This document shows, in pieces, positions 1 to 11,954 of a DNA stretch of 64,000 nt. A model generated the notes under the pieces. That model searched no databases. It was given only the letters and a program-made list of their open reading frames with translations, and was not told the origin of the DNA. Every line of letters starts with the position of its first letter. Within the stretch, counting starts at the first letter, position 1. The DNA lies in assembly GCA_026914245.1 (NCBI GenBank), contig CP110439.1, forward strand, positions 1,240,001-1,304,000, read 5' to 3'. The translations under genes were made by a program, and so were the position numbers. The DNA comes from Puccinia triticina. Its lineage: Eukaryota.

Positions 1-369
1 GAGGTACCGGATGTGCATGGCGGTGGCGTAGTTGTCAAGGCTAGACGGATTTGGCAGTCAAGTGCGCTGGTGGAGTCTGCTGAGTGCTAGGTAGTGCCAG
101 ATTGTCTATGTATAAAAGGAGGTTTGGCTTGCTTGTTTGTGTCCCCCAGGACGTCCTCTGCCGCTGTACTTCCAGCGTGCGGTTCGTCCTCAACCCCCTC
201 TGCTGTTGCACTTGCACATTTTGAGGGGCTAAACTTGTTGGCCCCCCTTTGCATAATGCCTTCAATGCGGCGCGCTGGGGGTCATCCTCTCACTGTTTTT
301 TAACCCTGCTAGACAGGGATGGACGGTGGGCCACGGTGCATCAGCTTGCTGATGTTAGGTGGCTGTTTG

Positions 370-880
370 CAGGTTTTTGTTGATTTTGGCATTTGTAGAG
401 GGAAAACCCTCCATGTTTTTTTCATGGAAGTTGTAAAGGGGAAACCCTTGATTTTTTTTTTGTGATTTTTGGAGATTTGTAGGGGAAACCCTTGAAGTTT
501 TGTTTTGTGATTCAGAGGCTTTAATTATGGTATTCAAAATTGCATATGCCACTGTTTACATAAAATCATAAAGCCCATTTTGGCTGGGAGATGTCAATGT
601 GCATAAAACTTAAAGTGACATCTCCCAGCCAAAATCGCAGTTTATGATTTTATGTAAAAAAATCTTATGCAATTTTGAATACCATAAATAAACTTGGATA
701 TTAAATATATTCCAAGTTTATTAAAGACACAGATTTGCCAGAACCGTAAAAAAAAAATCAAGGGTTCCCCCTGTATGTACACAAACTGAGAGAAAAAAAT
801 CATGAGTTTCCCCATTGGACAAAAAACCAATGCAAAATCCGCAATGAATCCAAAACAAAAAATGCAGCTCTCTATTTTCA
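370..880. repeat. Degenerate foldback/MITE-like inverted repeat centred near 606
   Basis: attttggctgggagatgtca (577-596) pairs with tgacatctcccagccaaaat (616-635); 555-572 pairs with 641-658; 526-546 pairs with 666-686; ~440-460 pairs with ~748-770. Outer ends and TSD not resolved. Confidence 0.7.
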
Positions 881-2775
881 ACCTAGCCTTCCAACATCAG
901 CAGTGCTGTGCCCCCAGGCTCAACCTCCAGCCCACATCAAGTGTGCGGGTCAAAAAGGTTGGACATGAAGGCTCCCGGCCTGCAGCAAAGGCTGCTGACC
1001 AGTGGGGGGCCCACTCTTTACCCCTCAGACTGCGCACGCGCAACAGCGGAGGGGTTGAGGACAATGGATAGCTGGAAGTGCAGCATCTCCAATTGCCTGG
1101 GGAAACAGCTACACCGCCAAGCTACCACCTTTTAAGCTCTCCGCTCCCTATCAGGCCAGAACGTTCTCTCCCCTCATGCAAACATCACGCCACACCGCGG
1201 TCCCGTAACTGTAATTGATTCCATGGCAACACACCAGCCTTTGAGAATTTCAAGCCTTTATACATACTCTCTTCCCCAATATTTGGCCTCACCTGGACCC
1301 AACCCACCCTGCAGCCCTTGCAACGGTTCACTGTTAAGACCGTTGCAGGCGCCAAAGCGGCCTCCACACCAAACCTGGTGATTGCCAAATCTAAGGCCAA
1401 GTTCTTTGCCAAGCTCCTTGCCCCCCATCTCGCCGAGCTCGATCACGCCCGCGAATCCAAGCTGATTGTCAAACGGTTGTGGGATTCCATATTAGTCATT
1501 TGCACTGGCTGACGTATGGTATCATGATTGTGCGAGTTTTTCCCCTCCCCCTCCTCTCTTTCCTACACCCCATTTGCTAATACATCCAAAAATTCCACCT
1601 GATGCCAGATTTGACAAACATAAATTCAATGATGAGATGATTGCCACATTTTCCTCCTCCTATTTCGAAGAAGAAATCTACAACTTGCAACTCGACTTGC
1701 TCCAGCAGCTTGCCAGTCTCATCAAGATTTTGCCAACCTCATTCTTCCCCAATCAAACCAGATGGATTCCGTTCAGGATGAAGCAAGAGTATGCCATTAC
1801 ATCAGCGCTCTCCATCCTCCATCGGGCTAACCTCTCGGACTCCTCCCTCTGGTTTGTTTTTTTGAGGAATACAGCCAGCTAGCAGCATTCTGAGTGCTCG
1901 GAGCAGCGGGCTCCACTTCCTCGAGTAGATCTTGTGTCTCTTTGACGGGTTCAAACGGCCCGCCCGATTCCCATCTCAGCAGGACCACCACCATCACTCC
2001 TCGCATCCCTCCCAGCCAAGCCATCCGTCAAGGATGAACCGGGGCTCAACGGCCGCGTCGGGCTACCATCACCGGGCCTAAGGCTCGCAGGCCCTGTACC
2101 CGTTCTCAAGTTCGACGAATAGCTCCGAGGTCTTTCCCACCCGCTTACCGTCCACCTATACCTCGGCCATACATTACCTAGATGAACTAAGGCCAGAGGC
2201 AACTCCGGAGGGAGAGGGATATTCAATCGTCGATGAGCTTTGAGAACGATACAGCCCCGGGGTCATCGTTCATGCTGTTGTTGAGTCCTTCCACTTTGAA
2301 CAAGTCCACTACTGGTTCCATCTCCAAACACACTACAGCCGGATCTCAGAAGATGGCCAGGACAAGCAGACCACCATCCTGGCTCTCTACTATCTATACC
2401 AAGATCTCTTTGACTTCCGGGCCGCACTCATTGAGAGCTTCCCAGACCAAGAAGTCAGTTGAGATGGATCAACCAATCTCTCCCGGATGCCCTAGCGGAC
2501 AGACAACGTAATTGGTCTGTGCACAGATGGTCAAAGATCTGTCCACCTATCTGCACAAACTTTGTGAGCTGCCGCTCTATGTACACCCGAGAGTCCGAGC
2601 TGATGTTGTACAAATTACTGGGCCCTCAGGAGAGATGCGGAGACAGAGAGAGACCCTGGCAATCTGGGTCTGGGGGATGGCTTGCCCACTGAGGTAGAGG
2701 GTTCCCTCCTGTTCAACCATTTGGCCTTATGAGGTATGTGTTCATCACACCCACTTACAATTCCCCTTCTCCACC

Positions 2776-3255
2776 CAACGGTGGGTCGCTACTTTACTCT
2801 ACGATAACCGGGGCTGTAGAGTAAAGTAGCGAGCTGCGCCTAACATTTTTACAGTTATTGTTAACGCTAGCGCGCGGATCGCCGCGTCACGGTTATCGTA
2901 ACTGGCCTTTTTTTGTACAGCCGTTACTAGTAAAGTAACGTGTTATCGAGAAAATTAACATTTTATTAAGCAATTAAGGGTCAAATTGGCCCTTATCAAG
3001 CAGAGAAACCCTTTATTGAGCAGTGAAAGGCCAAATCAGCCCTGAAATGGCCTTTTCTTGCTCAATATGTTGATAAATACCTGCTGCGCTGCCCATAGAT
3101 ATTGTAGCGGCCTTGAAAAAAAAACACCCGCCCGGTGCAATATCGATATCGCACCACATTTCCCCATTGCTACCGGTCCGGTTAGCATAAAGGGACCAAA
3201 AATCGCTACGATAACGTTACGATATCAATAACCGTAAAGTAGCGACCCACCGTTG
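2776..3255. mobile_element. 480-bp non-autonomous DNA transposon (MITE) with CAACG termini and 7-bp TSD
   Basis: 22-bp perfect TIR caacggtgggtcgctactttac / gtaaagtagcgacccaccgttg; TSD ctccacc at 2769-2775 and 3256-3262. Confidence 0.9.
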
Positions 3256-3499
3256 CTCCACCTGTCCTTGATGTGAGCTCAATCAACCTCTTTCTTGTCT
3301 ATGTTATGCTCGGCTAGCCAATAACACCCCTACACACAACATACCCTTCTCTTGGCCGTGCAAGGGGCAAAGGAGAGCCAGAGTGGATTGTCTTGCAACA
3401 TAACTGGTATGATCTATGATCTAACAGCTACGGCTGGCACTTCAATATTTAGATATGCTCTGACTCGGCGAAATTCTGGATCATATCTCCAGGGAGTCA

Positions 3500-3714
3500 C
3501 ACCAGGAAAAGTAAACTGTCACTAGACTACAGGTGACATCAGCCTAAGTCCACTGAGCTACCCACCAGCTGCACAGTTGGCCACATGGACAGCCCCTGTA
3601 GGAAACAAAGGGGCCATTGTAGCCTAGTTGTGGTAGCACCAGAGCTGGAACAAAGTGACAGTCATTGTTGCTTGATGTCACCTGATGTCTGGTGACAATT
3701 GATTTTTCCTGGTG
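3500..3714. mobile_element. 215-bp CACC-ended (CMC/EnSpm-type) MITE
   Basis: Ends caccaggaaaa...ttttcctggtg with longer imperfect arms; 3-bp TSD tca at 3497-3499 and 3715-3717. Confidence 0.85.
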
Positions 3715-6032
3715 TCAGTAAATAAAATTAAGCCACACCGTTGGAATAGTCACCCCCATCAGCCATTCTTTCTTCTATTCATCCTCTTCATATGAATGGA
3801 ATGCTGTATGAGACTGCATTTTTTTGAATCATGATGTAATTATTTCACATCACCTTATGCTGATTTACTCCAAATGATTACTGCCCACCTATCTGTTATA
3901 TTAATATACTTGACACTTCCCCTCCATCATGGTATTTCAGCCCCTACCATGCCCAGCTTACAGTCATAAGAAAAAAGAAAAAAGACTGGGTTTAATTTGT
4001 AATTTGGGACATATAATTGACTGTCAGTTCAGCTTGCAGAATCAATTCAAGGTTGTTACTTCTACCAATTTTTCACTGCATAGCAGTTAAATGTGATGGA
4101 ATATCTAAAATATCAATGCTCCCCTTCAATTGAAAGATCACTGTGAATAGTTGAGCAGACATGAGGCTTAATTTACATGAGCAGACTGTTGAGGCAATTG
4201 TAACAAACATATGTGCCATGTGGTCACCCATGTCTAACATATCTCATCAAGTGGAGAGTTCCAAAACAATGGGTGAGATGAGCTTTGCCACCTTAAAAGA
4301 TGAGACTTAGGCTGAAAGTGGACATGGTTGGGGTCATACATGTTTGTTCTAGGAGCCTCTGAGCAAACGATTCAAGTGGTATTGGTGGGGTGGTTTCAAG
4401 AATCAATCAAACTACAACTTGTATGTGCAGCGGCGAAGCCGCCTTGGCCTCCAGTGTATTTAAAAGTTTTAGAACTTTTTGGCAACTTTGTACAAGGAGA
4501 AGGCTTTCAAAAACCAGTAACTTTTTCTCAAAATATGCCAACATGCGCCAGTAAGTGGTGAACTTTCCTGATGTTTGAAAGCCTTATTCTTGCACAAAGT
4601 GGCCAAAAAAATCTAAAAAGTTTAAATACATATTCATCATGATTCACTAAATTATTTGGATTTTTTGGCTGGTGGGAATATGGATTCCAGGTCCCCAAAT
4701 GACTGTACTTTTTCTTTTTATTTGTGGAATTTTTAAGCATACAGAGAAGCTTATACTTGTATAATTACTGTGCCTTGTCCGGCTTGTTCTCTACACAAGA
4801 GCACCCGCTGACAATCCACCACTTTTGGGTTAAATCTTTAGCTAACTCATGCAACCTAGTTTGACATTGAATTGCATATTTTCCCACGCTTTTCATTCCA
4901 TCCTCAAATCAAATATGGTAAAATTTAGAGATTTCTGAGGATTTTTCATGAGAATCTCTATATCCTGCAACTTTCAAAAACTTCTCAAGCCCATATCTCA
5001 TATCCAAATTGCATAATTGTGGAAATATTGGGTCAGACAACCCTGAGAAACCCAACTTGAAGGCTGGAATGACAATTGTGGGAAGATATGCATGCAATGT
5101 CGAACTAGTTTACATGATTCAGCTAAATATTTAACCTAATTACAGATTGCCGAGTGGACCCAGGGGGCCAGGTACCCGTTGAGGAACTCCTACCGTGCCA
5201 GGCGGTAGGCAGTTGGGGGAGGGGAATGGAAAGAGAAAACCTAAGAAGCGTATGCCCTCCGGGGTTATTGGCCGTGAATGACTGCTGAGAGTCGTTGAGC
5301 ATTGAGGGGAGGGATGATTTTCTGACGGCTGGAGTTGCGCGTCAGCGGTGTTTGTGTTGAGAGAGGAGCCGGGGATACTGCTGGCGGGAGTGTGATCAAA
5401 ACCAGGGAGTGGTGGAGATCGGCGTTGCGGGGTAAACAAACTTAGAAGAAGTGTGAAAACTGAGACTAAGGGCGGAATGTCACCAAGACAATAACTTTGA
5501 ATTGATGGAGAGACTGAAAAATACGGTTCAGATTAGGTCCATGCCGCTCCAAAGCCTGAGTTCAAGCTGAACTCAAACCTTGGAGTTATTGACATCTAGC
5601 AGACATCTCATCACAACCTAGCGCACACGCGCGCGCTACAACAACTAGACAGCTGAAAGAAAACAAGACAAAAAGAAAACAAAACCAAAAAACATAGAAG
5701 AGAATAGATAGAGGAAACAATCCTGAAACGCCTTGAGGATGCGCGCCACGCCGCGCTGTTGGACCTGAGAAAGTCTTGAGGACTGGGGACTGCGCCATAG
5801 CTCTCATTGAGTTGCAGGACCCAGTCGAAGTTTCATTTAGTCGTGGGACCTAATCATATTACCTAATCATACTTCATTGAGTCGCCGGACCCAATCACAG
5901 CCGCCAGCGCGCACCATGCGCAAGAAAACCCCAATCCCCACGCTGTAAGACTCAAAAGTGTTCCTCAGAACCTTTTGCTGAATGGAGAAGGGGATGATGG
6001 AGGTGCAAACTCTGCCCTTCTATACTATCAGA

Positions 6033-6065
<33 letters not shown>

Positions 6066-6966
6066 TTAATGAAGTGATAGGGTTGGTTGGTTCAAGATGA
6101 GCTTGTTGATGACACTAAATAATATGTTGATATTGTTATTGTAAGGTTTGTTATGTATGTAGGTTGTTAAGTATATGTAAGGTTGTTTATGTAAGTGTTG
6201 GGGTGACTGTAATTGGTGAGTAATGAGCTGTGGTGAGAGATATGAGAATATGAGAGTGAGTTATCTTGTTATTGAGTTGTCAAGGGTTGTTATAATGTGT
6301 AAAGGGTTTGGATGGTATGTAATGTTGTGGGGTATGTGATAGGTGGGGACTGAACCGACGGAAACACAACTGAAGGGGGGAGAGAGCTCCTTACATAGAC
6401 AAATGTGAGGGAATTTAGCTACAAGGAAGCCCTGTATGAGGGATTTTAGCTGCAGGGGAACTGAATGAGTGAATGTGGTTGGTTGGAAATGTTCATGACT
6501 TGTAGAAGGTACAAACATCTGAATGAGTGACTATGATTGGTCAGAACATGAGGGATTTAATGTGGTACTTCTATGATGTCACCTGCAGCTGTCAGTTGTT
6601 AAAATCCACTAATTTAGAATGTATGTACATACTATGCAGTGTAAATGAGTATGTATAGCTGTCCAGCAGCTGGGTTGTGTATGTAAATGTGAGGTTTTAA
6701 TGGAAGGTGAGGTGTAGATGTAGCTTGGAATGTATCTTCTAGTCCTGTAGAGTCCTGTCCTTGCGCCAAAGTCCGCAATTCCTGATGAATACTATGTAAA
6801 GAAAAGGAGACAAAGAATTTTTTTATTTTTAGTGGAACCTTTCTGTCTACCATGTACCCATCTGTCCACCACACCGGCAATGCCGGCGGGGCAATAAGTG
6901 GCTCGGCCTGGCAATGATTTAGGTGTGGGGCCATGAGGGTTGTTCCAGGATTGAGGTGGTGCGTAG

Positions 6967-9900
6967 TGTAACACCTCCCCTTGGAGGTGTCACAAGCAGG
7001 ATCACAGGATCCCAAATGATCCCCTACTTAACCCAATCACTCCCCCACCCCTCCTGGCCTGGTAGAGATTGCCTTCCCATCTCTCCCAAGCCAGGTAAGC
7101 TCTCATCCCGATTTCCCCTTTTCCCCTTCCTTTTCCACATCTCATTGTAGATAGTCTGACCAGAAATCGCCTTCCCATCTCTCCTGAGCCAGTAATCTAC
7201 CCCACTGCGGTTCTAGAAACCGCTCGAGGCCCTGCCTCCGTGCCCCTGAGTCTCCCGTCCCAGTGCAAAGCCCTGCCCCTTGTAGCGGGCTCTTACACTT
7301 TTTTTTCTAGAACCTCCCACACTGATACAAGTTGGACCGCCTGCACCTGACGCTTGAGTACATCCCCTGATCTGAATCTGAACCCTGCTCTGAACCAACA
7401 AATCTGAGCCTGAACCCTGCCCTGAACCCTGACCTGGATCAAGCCTGAACCTGCACCCCTCCCATACTACCTGAACCTGAACCCTACACCCCCATGTACA
7501 CGAGGCGCACTGTCTCATTGGACAAACTTCTCGCGCTTACTGATACCAAGGCCCTCATTCAAGCTGCAAACAAAGCCAAACGTCTCGCGGCAAAGAACAC
7601 TCAGCCAGCCACCACCGCTAACACCGCCGCAACCTCGGGCGCATTGACCGTACCAACCGAGCCCAGAGAGACAAACTCCTGTCCTGCGTCGCTTGTGTCC
7701 TTGTTTGTGCTCCCTCTGGCGATTGGATTCCAAGCCCCACCAGAATCTTCACTTTTTTCCTTGACCCCTACAGACCCATTGACCATCCAAGCCTGGGAGA
7801 TCATTCCCCCGAGCGAGATTTGACCACCTCCTCCCCCAAAAGGACCCGCCTATCCCTTGATCTCAGCCCCCATCGCGCTGCCCCCTCCCAACAAGTACCC
7901 AGCTCCTCAGAATAGCATGGACACCACAAAAGGCCCCCGGGACCCAGCACCACATCTGATTGAACCACCACCACCGACAGACTTGCAATCAGGCACACCG
8001 GCACATACAGATCCCAAAGTACCCAAACCAATCTCGAGCACAACCCTCCTGGACCTACGCCCGGGCACCCAGCAAACACCACACTCCCTGCCCCTTTGGG
8101 GACAGCTACCAACAGATCCATCCTGGGGATCTTTACGGATATGCAGAGGATGACCCTGCAGATGCAACATGCTAACTTCGACGCCCAGCGAGCCGCAGAC
8201 CAACAGGCACAAGAGGATTGCAATTGATTGCGGTGACTAGAAGAAGTGGTCACCCATGCTCTGGCTAACACGCCAACCAAGACCCCCTCAATGACGACTA
8301 CTCCCCGCAATGGCCGGATCAACTTACAGCGCTTCTGGACGTCAGATGGCCCTATGTTCACAGGGCCATTCCAAGACACCAAAGTTTTCTTGACCTGGAT
8401 CCACGGCCTTGAGATTTTCTTTGATACCAAAGCTGTCACACAGGGCTCTGACAAGATCCAGATTTCCAGGACCCTAATCAAGGAAACAAACTTGTTGTCC
8501 TTCTACTCAAACAAGGCCGCCAAGTACCTTCCCCGATCCTGGGAGGATTTTAAGTCGGCCCTCTTCACTGCGGCGCTGCCTCTCCGTTGGCGCAGGGAGA
8601 GCAAAGGCCAGCTCAGAAGCCTTTGGATGGCAGAGAACAAGAACTTCATCCAGTTCGAGTCCCGGGCACGCACACTCCAGCGGATGGTCAATTTCGGAGC
8701 CAATCCTCTTGTGGTGACGGATGAAGAACTTGCGGACTGGATAGTCCTGGGACTCTTGGCAGAAATGAGAGGCCAGGTACACATATTTGAACTCCTTGGA
8801 GCAGATCCCTTTGATTACGACCAAAACAGCCCGCGGCCGCGCGACAACCGCACAACTTGCAAACATGGACACTCCCAGGACTACGGAGGGCAAATACAAT
8901 GGCGTATCCAGGTAGGAGTACCTCTGGCAAATCCACACATACCTCGACTCCGTAGGCCTCTGCCACTTCTGCAAGCGCCACTGTGGCACAACGCCGGGCA
9001 ACTTCCCCGGTCCAATGGATTGCACGCGCGTCAGCATCCCTGCCGACTTCAGGCCGCCACAGAAGCCCACTGCCTACACGAGACCTCGGGCTTGGAGCAG
9101 CCCTCAAGGACCCGCACAAGGAGAGCGAGCCAACAGTGGACCAGGACGACCCACGGGAATACCAGCAGGCGTAGCGGGGTAGCAGAGGGGGATGGCTGGG
9201 AAGAGGACAACGACGACCTATTCCCTCATCTAGATCTGACCTCCGCCACAGCGCTGCAAGACATTGATGCACGCATCTCATACACCGCTGACAAGACAGA
9301 AGCTTTGATCACTAAGGAGACCAAAGCGGCCGCAGTACAAGAGTTCACAGACTCCGCACCCTACCTCAATCCGGCTCTCAAAGCCCGTATAACAGCCATC
9401 CTGGGCCCCTCATTGGATGAGCTGTACGTACAACCTACACTGTCCACTGCACACCGACTCCATCAATTCCACAAGGGCAGGTGCTTATGGGGTTGCATAC
9501 ACACAATGCAAGTTCCTTGGCCCCAAGTGAGGCGACCTCAGACCCAGCAGCCGCAGTTTGATCAAAGACCATATCAACAAGAAATGCCTACCGATCATGC
9601 CTTTCTAATTCCTGTTCACTCAATGATTCCTTTTTTTCTTCTATGCACCCCCACCCTCCTTAAACAGGTAGCACAGTCCGTTGGGCCCCGGAGAGCAGAA
9701 TCACTGGCGTCACATATTGTAAAGACACTGACACCAGGGACAAAGGAACCACTCCCTCAAGCTCAACCAACCACACTTAGAAATGGCGCCCTTGACTCCC
9801 CCTGCTCACCAATATTGCCCAAGCACGTCCCTCAACGCGTTCTATGACCCACCTGCTTGAACTGTTGCTTCCTCTTTTTTTTCATAGGGGAGGAGATTGT

Positions 9901-10228
9901 AACCCCTCCCCTCGAAGGTGTCACAAGCAGGATCACAGGATCCCAAATGATCCCCTACTTAACCCAATCACTCCCCCGCCCCTCCTGGCTTGGTAGAGAT
10001 TGCCTCCCCATCTCTCCTGAGCCAGGCAAGCTCTCATCCTGATTTCCCCTTTTCGCATTCCTTTTCCTCATCTCATTGTAGATAGTCTGACCAGAGATTG
10101 CCTTCCCATCTCTCCCATGCCTGTAATCCACCCCACTGTGGTTCTAGAAACCGCTTGAGGCCCTGCCTCCGTGCCCCTGAGTCTCCCGTCCCAGTGAAGA
10201 TCCCTGCCCCTTGTAGCAGGCTCTTACA
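6967..10228 (+). mobile_element. 3.26-kb gag-only LTR retrotransposon (non-autonomous)
   Basis: 331-bp LTRs at 6967-7297 and 9898-10228 (tgtaac...ttaca), roughly 25 mismatches by eye; PPT ataggggaggagat before the 3' LTR; TSD cgtag/catag (one G>A); no RT/IN motifs. Confidence 0.92.
7494..9600 (+). pseudogene. Gag-like pseudogene with stops and frameshifts
   Basis: ORF pieces homologous to the other two copies (LQRF.TSDGP.F.G.FQ...FL.WI..L.IFF.TK; LIKETNLLSFYSN; FESRARTLQRMVNF; HTYLDSVGLCHFCKRHC zinc-knuckle-like motif). 3' end approximate. Confidence 0.75.
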
Positions 10229-11178
10229 CATAGTCAGCGGGTTTGGGAGGGGCGCGGAAGGAAGGGGGGAAGTTGATGCGGGAAAAGTCGATAGAGTTGG
10301 TACAAGTCCCATTGGTAGATCCGCAGTGCTGTTTGCACCAGTGGCAGAGTCCCAATGAGTCAAGGTAAGAGTGAATTTTCCATCAGAGCTCTTCTGACAT
10401 TTGGGATTCCCTGGTGTCAGAAGAAACTCCGGTGTTGTTGGCGGCGGGTGTGGCGGATGTTCTGGTGCGGGCGCTAATTGCGCGACGGGGGCGCGCTTTG
10501 TAGTAGATGCGGACCTGTTTAGCATAGCGGGGGAACTGGAATGGGTCTTGTTTGAGCAGTTAGAATCTGTAAACATCACCCCAGAGGTTGTCCGGTAAAC
10601 CCAGGGTGATCCACTTGGCTAGTTGGAGATTGGTGATGGCTGGCGTGGCAGAGTTGAAGTTGATCATTCGTTGCAGCGTACGGGCGCGAGACTCGAACTG
10701 ACTGAAAGGCTTGGTGTTGTCCATGAAGATTTTCTGAATCTTTCCTTGTAGGTCAGCGCGCCAGCGGATCGGGAGAGCGGTGGTGAAGAGAGCTGTTTTG
10801 AAGTAGTTCCAGGTCGTGCCGAGGTGTTTGGACACTTCATTGGAGTAAAATGAGAGGAGATTGGTCTCTTTGATGAGGGTCCCATTGATTCAAATCTTGT
10901 TGTTGTCCTTTGTCACAGCTTTTGTGGAAAAGAAGATTTTGAGACCCATGATCCAAGTGAGGAACGGCTTGGTTTCATGGTATGGACCAGTGAGACTGGG
11001 CCGTCAGAGGTGCATAAATGTTGAAGATCAATGTGGCCATTTAGTTGGGTCGCGGCGTGGGGCGGGCTGTGGGATCTGATGGAAGACCAGATGAGGGCCT
11101 CTTTGAGGCAAGCAAACCTCTCAGTGTCAGCCTGCGCTCTCTTGTCCGCGGCACGTTGAATCACTCGTGCTCTGGCGT

Positions 11179-11954
11179 TGTGGTGAGCGCAATCAACGCG
11201 CGCAGCGTGTAAAATAGCCACAATTTAAACATTGTTAACATAAACAAGCGAAAATGTATCTTATATCACTTTCACCAAGATGTTACATAGTTTTCTTATT
11301 TATTTAAGCGCTTTAAGAAGGTATTTTCTGGCTATAAATATAAAAAACACTCAATATATGTAATCCTTCAGAAATAGCCACTTATATATACAAAAATAGT
11401 ATAAAAAGAGATTTACAGTAATTTTCTTTACACTTCAATCTAGTACTCACTTCTAAGAATTGTTTAACATCTTTGAGAAGTATTCCAGACTAAAAATCAT
11501 TTGCATATAGAAAAGCCAAGGCTTATAAGTAACAACAATTTCATTACATAGTTGTAAATCTTTCTAGACCAAAAACTACTCTCATACTAGCTTGTAGAAT
11601 ATAAAAGAAGCTCATCTTGTGGCCTTTTTCTTCCCCATGTCAGCAGTAGAGAAATAGTACCACGTTACTATTTAGCTTTCATCACATCTTGTAAATTTGA
11701 AATTGATTATTATAAATCGTGCCCCTGTGAATTAAACCCTTAAAATTGACCCCATCTTCGCCATAAAACCCTCTTCTCTTCGCCTTACAAGTGATTGACA
11801 CGAGTATTTCGTAGTAGCAGCGCCTAGAAAGATTAAAGAAGCCACAAATCTTATTTTTTCTTTGTGCTATTTCTCCCAGATTCACCGGAGAGCAGCCCTT
11901 CAAGCACTCTATCCTCTCCAAGCTCTTTCTCCCCCAACCGTGAGAAGTTCCACA
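11179..11954. mobile_element. 776-bp solo LTR inserted into gag
   Basis: tgtgg...ccaca termini; 4-bp TSD gcgt (11175-11178, 11955-11958). Removal restores the gag frame (LAADA|RARVIQRAAD). AT-rich interior. Confidence 0.75.

Noticed and set aside
1180..2750. Possible decayed host-gene fragments on both strands
   Set aside because: Protein-like composition but interrupted, with no recognisable domain; cannot be supported without a search.
5944..6800. Possible solo LTR beginning tgtaagac
   Set aside because: No matching end, partner LTR or TSD found.
11179..11954. Ginger-type DNA transposon (TGT...ACA, 4-bp TSD)
   Set aside because: Only a 5-bp inverted end with no extended TIR; a solo LTR is the simpler reading.
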